A stretch of DNA of 64,000 nucleotides, taken from the NCBI GenBank assembly GCA_963779615.1, contig CAVZZA010000003.1:1056001-1120000 (forward strand), given 5' to 3'. The position numbers and the translations under genes are program-made. The stretch is from an uncultured Nitrososphaeraceae archaeon. GTDB lineage: Archaea; Thermoproteota; Nitrososphaeria; Nitrososphaerales; Nitrososphaeraceae. The notes under the pieces were generated by a model. That model saw only the letters and a list, made by a program, of their open reading frames with translations, was not told where the DNA came from and searched no databases. This document shows, piece by piece, positions 32,057 through 41,829 of the stretch (the first letter of the stretch is position 1; each line of letters starts with the position of its first letter).

Positions 32057-34402
32057 CTAACATTGTTTTGGCACTGTCTTGGAATCCGTTTTAGTATTGC
32101 CTTTTGATGGACATTGCGTGTTGATACAAAATTGCCACTGATGCTTTGTTGGAAGAGAATACATGCATTTGATAATGGGCCACCTGCATTCAGTGCAAAC
32201 CTTACCAGTGTTTTTTATTCTTCCTTTTTGTGGTAATGGCGAAGTGGCAGTACATTTGTCAGATGAGTACAGAGAGCATCCAGCAAATCTTTTTTTGGTT
32301 TTGTTTGATTTTTTGATGACCAGATCACCTCTGTTGCAAACAGGGCACGCTCCCAGCATAACCTGTTGCCTATTCTTGGCTGCTACAACAGATTTAGTTG
32401 CTTCCAATGCACTTGTCATTTGTGCGCCTATCTCCCTTTGGTTTTCCTTAAAAAAAAATATTGCCTCTTTTAATTTATTTTTGGCATGATCTACCACATA
32501 CTCGCTTTTGATTTTGCCTGATTCAATTTTTTCCAACTGTTCGTCCATAGATCTAGTAAGGCCTGTAGACACTATGTTAGGTACGTATTTTCGCATCGCT
32601 CGTATTATTTCAAACCCAATATCTGTTGGCTTGATTCCGGTACTTAATGGGAGATCATTCATTTCTTTTTCCTTGGAAGGAACAACAGTATTGGTTATGT
32701 AATTTCTTTTATAGAGGGTGTTAATGATTTCGGACCTTGTGGCCTTGGTGCCAATTTTTTCTTTTTCCATCTTCTCTAGTAGACTAGACTGATTGAACCG
32801 TACCGGAGGCTGGGTAAACTTTTCTGTTAGGGTTATATCCACATTCTTCAACATGTCATCCTTGTGCAGTGTTGATAAAGCAATAGGCATTTCAACGTTA
32901 GACATATTGGCATACGGCTTGTAAAAATACCCCCATCCCTCATACAACACCCTCTTTCCCTCAGCTTTGAAAATGTGGATATCCTTCACCAAAATGGTAA
33001 CAATTGTTTGTTGGGTTACACAAGGATCTCCAAACGTGGCAAAAAATCTTTTTGCTATCAAATCAAATAATTTGAAGTCTGCATCCTCAAGTCTACCTTT
33101 TGGTTTTTGACCCGTGGGATAAATTGCGGGATGTGCTGGATCGGTTTTACTGCCTTCATTTGGATAAATATGTTCTTTTGACAGCAACCTCATAGCCAAA
33201 TCAGCATAAGCATCGTCATCTTCATTGCCATGGATGGCATAACGAGAACGAAAACCAATTTTTGAAAGACCTGAAACAATTTTCTTGTAATTGATAGAGA
33301 CTGGAAGCTTTTGACTGGATGTTCTCGGATAGGAAATCAATGCAGAGAGATACAGTTTCTCGGCAACAGATAGGGTATAACCTGGAGAGAATTTGAATAC
33401 TCTATAGGCTTCCTTCTGAAGATCGCCAAGGTTAAAAGGATATGGAGGCTTAAGCGTTATCTTTTGAACTTTAATTTCGGTAACCTTGCCATCTTGATTT
33501 TTGCAGGCATTGACTATTAAAGTTGCTTTAGACATGGAATCCAGTTTTTGCGGATAATAGTATGCATGAAACACATGTCCATCTTTTTCAAATTCACCTG
33601 TTATTGTCCAATATGGCACAGGAATATGGTTTCTTATCTCAATTTCTTTATCCACTACGAAAGCAAGCGTTGGACCCTGTACTCTACCAATTGTCAAGTT
33701 GTAGTACATTTTACCATCACTGCTATTCTTGAAAGACTGCGTAAGGGCTCTGGAAAGGTTAACTCCATAAATAAAATCAATCATATGACGAGATTTACCT
33801 GCATCGGCTAATCTTATAATTGGTTTTAACAAGTTATCAAATGAGTGTCTTATTTCATCGTCTGTGAGAGTTGAAAATTTTGCCCTCAATGACTCTTCAT
33901 ATTTGTTATTACATGCATATTCCAAAATATTGTAGCCGATTACTTCACCTTCCTGGTCATAATCACACGCGTGAATAAAGATTGAAGCTTTTTGGGACAG
34001 TATGGATATTGTTTTTATAATTTTTTTAATTTTTTCAGACATTATATCTAAATTATTTCCTCCACTGCTTTTTTTTTTAATCGGCACCCATTGGATGTCA
34101 AATACAGGATATAAACTACGGTTCGCGCCTACATCAATCAGTCCATACAAATGACCCAACGCATAACATATAACAAAGTGTTGACCCTTTTTATTGGTTG
34201 CAAAGAAAAAAGGCAATGACATCCTTGTTGTTTTGTTATCATCACGAATCTCAGAATCTGATATGCTTTTTAAACTAGATGTTCCAAGAGCATGTGCTAT
34301 TCTTTGTGCAGCGGCAGGTTTTTCACAAATTACCAAGGCGAATGGCCGGGGTATACTAACAATGCCTGATGCGCTCAAGTCTACTATTTTATTCTCACCC
34401 AA
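32057..34402 (-). CDS. topA: DNA topoisomerase type IA
   Basis: TOPRIM ICEKP and ACDYDQEGE, GRVQGPTL, catalytic ISYPRT, GIGT-like IGTKATR, C-terminal Zn ribbons. Confidence 0.95.
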   Translation of the reverse strand: MGENKIVDLSASGIVSIPRPFALVICEKPAAAQRIAHALGTSSLKSISDSEIRDDNKTTRMSLPFFFATNKKGQHFVICYALGHLYGLIDVGANRSLYPVFDIQWVPIKKKSSGGNNLDIMSEKIKKIIKTISILSQKASIFIHACDYDQEGEVIGYNILEYACNNKYEESLRAKFSTLTDDEIRHSFDNLLKPIIRLADAGKSRHMIDFIYGVNLSRALTQSFKNSSDGKMYYNLTIGRVQGPTLAFVVDKEIEIRNHIPVPYWTITGEFEKDGHVFHAYYYPQKLDSMSKATLIVNACKNQDGKVTEIKVQKITLKPPYPFNLGDLQKEAYRVFKFSPGYTLSVAEKLYLSALISYPRTSSQKLPVSINYKKIVSGLSKIGFRSRYAIHGNEDDDAYADLAMRLLSKEHIYPNEGSKTDPAHPAIYPTGQKPKGRLEDADFKLFDLIAKRFFATFGDPCVTQQTIVTILVKDIHIFKAEGKRVLYEGWGYFYKPYANMSNVEMPIALSTLHKDDMLKNVDITLTEKFTQPPVRFNQSSLLEKMEKEKIGTKATRSEIINTLYKRNYITNTVVPSKEKEMNDLPLSTGIKPTDIGFEIIRAMRKYVPNIVSTGLTRSMDEQLEKIESGKIKSEYVVDHAKNKLKEAIFFFKENQREIGAQMTSALEATKSVVAAKNRQQVMLGACPVCNRGDLVIKKSNKTKKRFAGCSLYSSDKCTATSPLPQKGRIKNTGKVCTECRWPIIKCMYSLPTKHQWQFCINTQCPSKGNTKTDSKTVPKQC

Positions 34403-35298
34403 TTAACATAATTAAGTAATTTTGTTCTTAACAATTAGGGCAAGCCTATTACCACAATCTTTAGATTTTTATTAAAGGACATGGGCATGAAATATAATCA
34501 ACCACAGATAAGACGGTAAATGCAGTTTCTATAAAATCAAACTAAATTCAATGCAAGTGATATTTTGGGATAAAACAATATGATCAACAAATCGACAAGG
34601 TGATCAGTGTTTGCAGAGAGATAAGCAATACCGACGCATTTGAAATTGACACCTCTACCATCACACTCCAACTATCAGTGTATTTGCAATTTTCAAAAAA
34701 TTAAGGAGTCCATTTTTTTTAATAAAATAATTAATAAAATTTCTAAAAGAATCACTAGTGTAATTGCTTTGGGATGCTATTTTTGACGGTTTTGGCATTC
34801 GGCGATCTTAACTTTATCAAAGTTAAACCCTACCCCCATTCTTTTTTCTTATAATGGTTTGTTTAATGTGTCAAATTGTTAAATACCTTATATGAAAATG
34901 CAGATAATGCGTTGGATAAAAAAAACAATGACCATCAAATAAAACAGCTAATTGAATACATCAAAAAGGCATTACCTTTTGAAGATGCCGCAACAGAAAG
35001 TGGTAAATTATATTGCCATGCTGCTTGATTTACCATTATCAAGCTAATGATTAGCTTATCGAAAGTCATCCCACGATTTTCCAAGATAAGGCAAGTATCT
35101 CTTTATGCTCTTGCAGTTGTTTTAAGAACACTTTCCATGGTCTTTCAGTCCATCTCCTTTTCCGTTTCTGGCCGTTGTGTATTGCCAAGCCTTCCTGTGA
35201 TTTGCCTTGGGCTCAAATCCATGTTCTTTGGCATTTCGGAGGATTCAAGGGTTTGCGGGTTTCGCGGGAAGATGGTCATCTACAGTTAATTCTCTGAA

Positions 35299-36294
35299 TC
35301 ACCTTGGCAGCAATGCCCTGTGCATGTCCCACAGTATCATTGTGTAATTGGACAGAAATTGCACTCCGCCACCAAAGTTTCGGGGGTCACCACCCCGTGC
35401 GAACCTACAAGTTTCTTCTTCCCTTACTTGAACTTTAGAGGAATCCAGCTTTACCGGCTTGCTTGCCTCCGTGAAAACAATAGTACTCTTGCTGTCATAG
35501 TTGCACCTACCTGTCTTTGTTAGCGGGAGTTTGATTTTATCTGCAACAGATTGCTTTTTGAGCACTATCTTGTCATCGCCGGTGTTGAGCCCAAACCAAT
35601 CCTCAATTCCAGCACCAGTTGATGGGTTTATGAACTTGACACGCATCCACTGCCAACTATCTGTTGGAGTGCCATCCCTCGGCTGAAGGTCCGGCAGGGT
35701 TATCAGTTTGCTTGTGTCTGCCAACTCGGGTATCGGGACATCCCTTAGCCTGAGTGTGGTATGTTCACTGGTGTACACCATGGATATTTGTGTCAGGATG
35801 TTTTTGACATCCAGAAGTGGGTATCTTTCTGGTGGCGGGTTATCTCTGAACAACTTGTAATGTCTTTTGTCTTGCACCATAACTGGCAGGTCAATCTCTT
35901 TATCCAGTCCCACAATTTTGATTTTTCCTGGTTGCGCCTCTCTCTTGGATGAATCCTTTCCCACTCCATCAGGTCCGTATCCAAATGCAGACAGGAATTG
36001 AGGCGCCACGTCTGTAGGCCATAATGCGCCTGTGTCAAAATTGTATTTAACTGGCTGACTCCACGTGCCATCTGGCAGCATCATTTGAATTGGCAATATT
36101 GTTCTGTTTTCTGAACTTGTGAGATCGTAAACAAGAGTATTGTTAGCTGTGCCGGGTGCAGGGGTTACAGGCGGTATTATAGGTGGAGGTGTAGCAGAAG
36201 AAATGGTTAAGATAGATGATGATGCAAGCAAGAGCACCACAAACAGAAAAATTATGGAAATAGTACTTTTTTTAAATGGCTGATTAAATATCAA
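35299..36294 (-). CDS. secreted aspartic-protease-like protein, paralog of the C-terminal part of 27036..29006
   Basis: Signal peptide, Pro-rich linker, YNFDTGA and FGLNTGD; identical C-terminus ILWDMHRALLPR. Confidence 0.8.
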   Translation of the reverse strand: MIFNQPFKKSTISIIFLFVVLLLASSSILTISSATPPPIIPPVTPAPGTANNTLVYDLTSSENRTILPIQMMLPDGTWSQPVKYNFDTGALWPTDVAPQFLSAFGYGPDGVGKDSSKREAQPGKIKIVGLDKEIDLPVMVQDKRHYKLFRDNPPPERYPLLDVKNILTQISMVYTSEHTTLRLRDVPIPELADTSKLITLPDLQPRDGTPTDSWQWMRVKFINPSTGAGIEDWFGLNTGDDKIVLKKQSVADKIKLPLTKTGRCNYDSKSTIVFTEASKPVKLDSSKVQVREEETCRFARGGDPRNFGGGVQFLSNYTMILWDMHRALLPR

Positions 36295-36757
36295 ATTATG
36301 GATTCCCCAACAACGCAGACTCTACCACAATATAAGGACGAAGAAACACACATAGTTGTAAATTAAATCACTTGTATATTAGAGCTGAGGCACAGTTGCC
36401 CAATCAATGAATTTTGTAACATTGTTTAGCACCCCTCTAGCGCATTTACAGTCAACACGGGGTTCACACCACCAACAAAAAATGTCGGACTGTCCTAAAG
36501 ATCATGCTATTGTTAGTCTTGATGTTTAAATCAGGAAAGCCGGACCAAAAAGGAGAGGAAACAGGTGATTTCATTTTAAATCACAAACATGCCATTGACA
36601 AAATGGGCAATACGAAATAGAATTTTTGTTTATTTGTTTTATATAATCTATAATAATTTAGATATAAGTTGTAATTATTTAATACTAATAGTTTATTTTG
36701 CATATGTATTAGAGGTATTATAAAAATTTTAATATACCAAATATTGGTTAAAACTCA

Positions 36758-36948
36758 TGACATTAAGTCTAAACTGTAAGATGGAGGCGATTCTGTTTGT
36801 ACTCATACAATGTATGGTGAAACAGAGCAAGAACTTTTAGAGAAACTCAAAAAGACATGGTATTGAAGACCACGGGTATACAGAAGAGACTTTTAACGAA
36901 AAAATTGGGAAGACATGGAGCACTAGAAAGTTAATAAAGTCTGCTTAA
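36758..36948 (+). pseudogene. DUF1059-like small metal-binding protein with frameshifts and a stop
   Basis: Pieced frames read MTLSLNCK-DGGDSVCTHTMYGETEQELLEK..HGIEDHGY. Confidence 0.55.
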
Positions 36949-37489
36949 TCTTTAATTTTTACATAAACTCATATTTTTTATTCTCGGTTATGAATGGCTC
37001 TGCTTAATGCATTATTATTGCCTCATCCCAAGTCAAAGTCAAACACACCCACTTTATAATCATCCCATACCGTCACTCTTCAGCATTTACACAAATATCT
37101 GAAGACAGTATTGGTCAATAGTAAATAATTGATTGAATCCACAATTAGAGTCAAATTTGCCATTGGGTCCAAAGGGATTTAAATCCTTGGGTAAATGGGT
37201 TGTAATGTTTTGCAAATCTTAAGCATTGCTATTAGTTCATTTGATGTTACCGAATTCTCAACCTAAATATGCTTTATCGGTAACAATAGAACACCAATAA
37301 TCTATGGCTATGGGGAATGTGATGAATGTTTTTGATTTGATGGATTGTTCAATTATGTATTGTTGCATAAATCATCAGAATTTGTATTTCTAAATTGGTC
37401 ATAGGTGGGGGCTAAATCTAGATGTTATATAACAATATATCCCTGTAGCTGTCGGATTGTACACATAACATACTTGCATGCTTTCATCT

Positions 37490-37740
37490 ACTATATATGA
37501 TCAAGCCATTCAGACCATGGTATTATTCCAAAATTAGGTTTTGGCTCCTCATTTAACATGGCCAAATATTCTATAAGGTGACTATCAGGGTCACGAAAGA
37601 AGACAGAAGCAGATGGCATTCAACATAATGCATTTGGCTCTTCTGTTTCTTGCCCAAAGAAGGAAAGAGGAGTATTCCATTTGACCTTAAACGTAATGTT
37701 GCATTCAGCAAATCATCCGGATATTATAGTCAACTTGAGT
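37490..37740 (-). pseudogene. C-terminal fragment of a VOC/glyoxalase family gene
   Basis: PLSFFGQETEEP...*MPSASVFFRDPDSHLIEYLAML...WSEW with an in-frame stop. Confidence 0.65.
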
Positions 37741-37765
37741 ACAGGTTGCTGAAATGGATTTCTGC

Positions 37766-38935
37766 CTATTTGTGTTTCCTTCTGCTTTTCAGACTTTTCA
37801 TATAATCAATAAAAAATGTCGCAAAGACTCCCGCTGCCCCACTGCCGAGAATCACTATTGGGGTTCCGTATGTGACCCAAAAGGCATTGAATGTCTCATT
37901 AACACTTAGTGGCGGTATTACCTGTATTGTTAAGTTTGCCGGCCCGGTTATGTAGCCAATTGTCGGGTATTTTTTGGATACCTTAAACTCGGGATCTGCA
38001 AACCCATTTACTGTGTCATTAAACATAGGCGATGTAGGTGATGTTGTTTGTATTAACAATGAAGCCCTAAAAGGTATTGTATATACGCCTAATGGTGATT
38101 GTGGAGAAACCTCTACCTTAAACAATGGGGGTTGAACCCTTTGCGTAGATACACTTAGGCCGCTAGAGCCGGCATCTGTGTCATTGTCGAAAGTTATGCT
38201 AGTGACAGTATTAGAAAATGGCGTCCCTATCTCGGCGGGAATTAGGAGCTTTTCTCCTTGCCTTATGACTATATCATTTGGGCGTGTCAACACGTCTATG
38301 GTTGGGGGAGGAACAGCAACCCAGCCTGTAAAATCCCTGACTTCGCTTGATTTGAAGGATTCTGCCGTATAAAATGACAAGCCGTAAAGGCTAGGAGAAT
38401 TTATGGAATTTAGGTTTAATCGCAGTTTAACATATCCTGGCCCCACAACAGGTCCACCAAAAGACTCTGTGTGGTTTTTCTTGGACTCTACAAGCGCAGA
38501 AGTGCCTGTTGAGGACAATTGGTAAAGATATTCGCTCCATTTTCCATCAACTGCTTCAACGTAAAAGTTGTAATTGGCTCCGTTATATCCTGAGTTTTGG
38601 GGCATGGAAACAATGGCAATAAGCACACCATACCTAATCTTTTTGAGGGGTTGACTGTATACAGAAGCATTTTCCAAATTTGTTGCTAACCAAAATGTAA
38701 CATTTAGAGTCTTTCCATCACTATGATAATGCACTGCCAGCAGGTTTGCATAGTCAGACCTTAAATGAGGACCGTCATTACCATAAGTTTGGACCCAATC
38801 ATTTGCCTGACCACGGGATTCTTTATCCGAAATTACAACCTGGTCAAACGCAGGCGATGCAGCAAAAGCCTTGTGAAAAGGCGAATTGGGGATTGATAGC
38901 AACACTAGCAATAACAACATAAAAACAATATCCAT
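37766..38935 (-). CDS. secreted, C-terminally membrane-anchored surface protein
   Basis: Signal peptide ending AFA, beta-rich body, several N-x-S/T sequons, C-terminal TM helix and basic tail; start moved from 39085. Confidence 0.7.
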   Translation of the reverse strand: MDIVFMLLLLVLLSIPNSPFHKAFAASPAFDQVVISDKESRGQANDWVQTYGNDGPHLRSDYANLLAVHYHSDGKTLNVTFWLATNLENASVYSQPLKKIRYGVLIAIVSMPQNSGYNGANYNFYVEAVDGKWSEYLYQLSSTGTSALVESKKNHTESFGGPVVGPGYVKLRLNLNSINSPSLYGLSFYTAESFKSSEVRDFTGWVAVPPPTIDVLTRPNDIVIRQGEKLLIPAEIGTPFSNTVTSITFDNDTDAGSSGLSVSTQRVQPPLFKVEVSPQSPLGVYTIPFRASLLIQTTSPTSPMFNDTVNGFADPEFKVSKKYPTIGYITGPANLTIQVIPPLSVNETFNAFWVTYGTPIVILGSGAAGVFATFFIDYMKSLKSRRKHK

Positions 38936-39181
38936 CGAAACAGACGATAAGAATAAGTATTTTTGTGACTGCAAATCTGTGTAAAGTAACCCTTTGCATA
39001 CTGAATCATATCTGACATAGATAAGGTTTTTGTCGATCCTGCAAAGTAATGGATATTCAAAGTCAAAACCAGCAAAATAAAACAAGCTTACCCCTGAAGC
39101 ATTTTTTCAATTAATTACTGTTAATGCCCTGTTGTCAAATATTTAGAAACCTTTGAATATGTTTGTTGATCCATTATTCAG

Positions 39182-39580
39182 CTAATCATCATACAATCTC
39201 CATGGAATTACTTTACCCGGATTATTGTAATGTTCATTGCACAACCACCTAAAGAAGAATTTTATATGGTTGAAATAGTGGTTCCATACTGCTATCCATT
39301 TCTTTTCAGTGTCCATTTCTGAAGGTTTCATTTTGTTGTCTAGGAAACTTGTTACATCACCCCTTTTGATACCCCTAAGATATTTTCTGATTTCTGATTG
39401 AAGATTGAAAAAACCTTTCAAAATCAATAATAACTTTAAGGTTGTTTATGATGTGCCTTTCACTGGAGTTATTGTTCTTCATAAACTCATAGAACTGGCC
39501 AATCAATTCGGCATTTTCTATATTTGATAAAGTGCCTACTTGACTTGGTAATGTACTTGGTTTAATAGGAATTTTTCATC
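39182..39580 (-). pseudogene. N-terminal fragment of a tyrosine integrase
   Basis: Pieced frames ENAELIGQFYEFMKNNNSSERHIINNLKVI...FLD..KKWIAVWNHYFNHIKFFFRWL resemble a SAM-like integrase N-terminus; catalytic domain absent. Confidence 0.65.
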
Positions 39581-39633
39581 AGCTCTCCTGTTATCTTTGT
39601 ATAACTATTGAAATATTTCAAACCGTTTCCTAT

Positions 39634-39660
39634 ATGGGCCAAAAAAGGATTTGAACCCCC
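39634..39660 (-). other. degenerate tRNA 3'-end (att-like) fragment next to the integrase relic
   Basis: Reverse complement GGGGGTTCAAATCCTTTTTTGGCCCAT has a T-loop and acceptor-like end; similar copy at 37164..37186. Confidence 0.45.
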
Positions 39661-40016
39661 TACACATAAATTGGTTCAATAGGGTAGTAACAAAAGAATG
39701 AGAATTTATCTGCGGATAATTGCAGGCCATTTTGCAATAGACATGAAACGGGTGTCTTAATCGCGAGGTTAAAAATTTGTGATCTTTCGCCACCATCATA
39801 AGAAAGTATAAGGGAGGAACATTAAAAACAAAGTCACATCATACTATATCGCACAAACACAAAATTCCCTAGTTTTCTTTTGATAGCCTTATTTAAAAAA
39901 AAAATTTACACATAATACAATACGCTATATCAATTTCTTATCCTTAGATTTACAATTAGGCTGTAAACATGATTGACGGTATATAAAACCTATCATAAAA
40001 TATTATATTAATACAT

Positions 40017-40982
40017 TTGACTCAAACTAGACAAACCAATCCTTCTTTTGGTATATTGATACACGGTGGAACAAAAACTGAAAAAGTTGGAAAAGCAGAT
40101 GAAAAAGAGGAAATCAAAAAGTCACTCAAATCTTCCGTATCAAGCGGTTTTGACCTATTAAAAAAAGGCAAAAGTGCAGTTGATTCAGTGGAAGCATCTG
40201 TAGCAGTCATGGAGGATAGCGGAGCTTTTAATGCAGGAGTGGGTTCATGCCTTACCATCGACAAAAAGGTAGAGATGGATGCATCCATCATGGATGGGAG
40301 AGACCTTTCTGCAGGCAGTGTAGGAATGGTGCAAGGTGTACAAAATCCAATCAAACTAGCAAGGCAAGTTATGGAACGCACCGATCACGTAATGATAGTG
40401 TCTGATGGCGCATTGAGGCTCGCAGAACTCTTGGATATAAATATCAGGCAGCATGAACCCAGCCAAAAAATAATAGATAAATTCAACAATCTCAAAAAGT
40501 CTACTAATAATAAATGGGAAAGGAACAATGACCTAATAACCAATTCCTCGAATAATAATTCTCTTGATAAAGACCATGGCACAGTGGGAGCTGTTGCAAT
40601 AGACAAAGATGGAAATGTAGCTTCAGGTGTATCTACCGGTGGAAGGTGGCTCAAGATGCGGGGCAGAATTGGAGACTCCGCAATCATTGGTGGAGGATTT
40701 TATGCAGACAATAGATTAGGGGCAGCATGTGCTACTGGAAAGGGTGAATTCATCATGAGAATCTGTTTGTGCAAATATGCTTGCGACCAGATGCAATTTA
40801 AAAATGCACTTTTTTCAAGCAAGAAATCAATTGCATCATTAACCAAGAGGTTTGGAAAAAACACAGGCGGAATAATCACGGTCGACACCAAAGGCCATTT
40901 TGGCATAGCATTCAATACAAACTATATGCCAGTAGCATTCATCAATAGCAAAAACGAAAAGATGAATATCTCTATTGAATAA
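40017..40982 (+). CDS. iaaA: isoaspartyl peptidase / L-asparaginase (Ntn hydrolase)
   Basis: IHGG, FNAGVGS, EMDASIMDG, autocleavage site HG|TVGAVA, STGG, GRIGDS and TGKGE. Confidence 0.93.
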   Translation: MTQTRQTNPSFGILIHGGTKTEKVGKADEKEEIKKSLKSSVSSGFDLLKKGKSAVDSVEASVAVMEDSGAFNAGVGSCLTIDKKVEMDASIMDGRDLSAGSVGMVQGVQNPIKLARQVMERTDHVMIVSDGALRLAELLDINIRQHEPSQKIIDKFNNLKKSTNNKWERNNDLITNSSNNNSLDKDHGTVGAVAIDKDGNVASGVSTGGRWLKMRGRIGDSAIIGGGFYADNRLGAACATGKGEFIMRICLCKYACDQMQFKNALFSSKKSIASLTKRFGKNTGGIITVDTKGHFGIAFNTNYMPVAFINSKNEKMNISIE

Positions 40983-41004
40983 AAACCAAAACTCATTTAA
41001 ATAA

Positions 41005-41026
41005 ATAGATAGATAGATAGATAGAT
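41005..41026 (+). repeat. (ATAG)5.5 microsatellite
   Basis: atagatagatagatagatagat just after the iaaA stop. Confidence 0.8.
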
Positions 41027-41829
41027 GCCAATCCAGAAAGATAATTCACATTAACAGCTTTATATAATGCATATTTTAATTCGGGGATTATTACCCCATT
41101 ATCAATGTCAATCATAATTATCGATCAGGCGCATTTGTATTTCCATTCATGTATTCATGTAACTATAAACCGGCATTGAGAAGTTATTGGTCGCTATAGA
41201 CGATTATTGAGCGGTTTTTGTACATTTACACTTATAGTCATTGAAGACGTGGGTAGCATTCAAAATCAAAAAAATTAATGCCTTTCTTATTATATGTTCA
41301 TTTGGTATGCATACAATCATCAAACAATATTAAGATGATAATCCCATTAGTTAGTATCAGTTTTTCATATTCCTTATTTTTACTATGATGCTAAATGAAT
41401 ATTTAAAATAACAGATTTAAATTTTATTTATAAACACAGACATAATGTAGTATATGGAATTAGGAACACATTTTGCCTCTACTAATGAAAATCAATCCGT
41501 TCTTAAGAATCCTAACTAGAAAAAAATTAAAAAGCAAATATGCTGATGCTCTTTTCGATTTCAAATATTGTCAAAATATAACTAAAGGTATTAAACGTTA
41601 TAAAAAAAAAGATCCTTGCAACTGTAAGAATATATTTTACACTGTAGCATAGTTTTTTGTTGGGTCGGAAAATTGATTTTTTTGCAATTTTGTTTAAAGA
41701 AATGTTTTTTGAGATTCTGTTAAGTTAAATGCTCCCTTAAAATCATTCAGGGTTAGTTGAAAATACAGGTAGAATTAGTGTTGTTGAGAGTATTGCTATT
41801 GATGTGGGGTTAGATGATGAGGATGATGT

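Noticed and set aside
36996-37010. Lone IS6-like end GGCTCTGCTTAA
   Set aside because: No partner inverted repeat or transposase found nearby; too short to support
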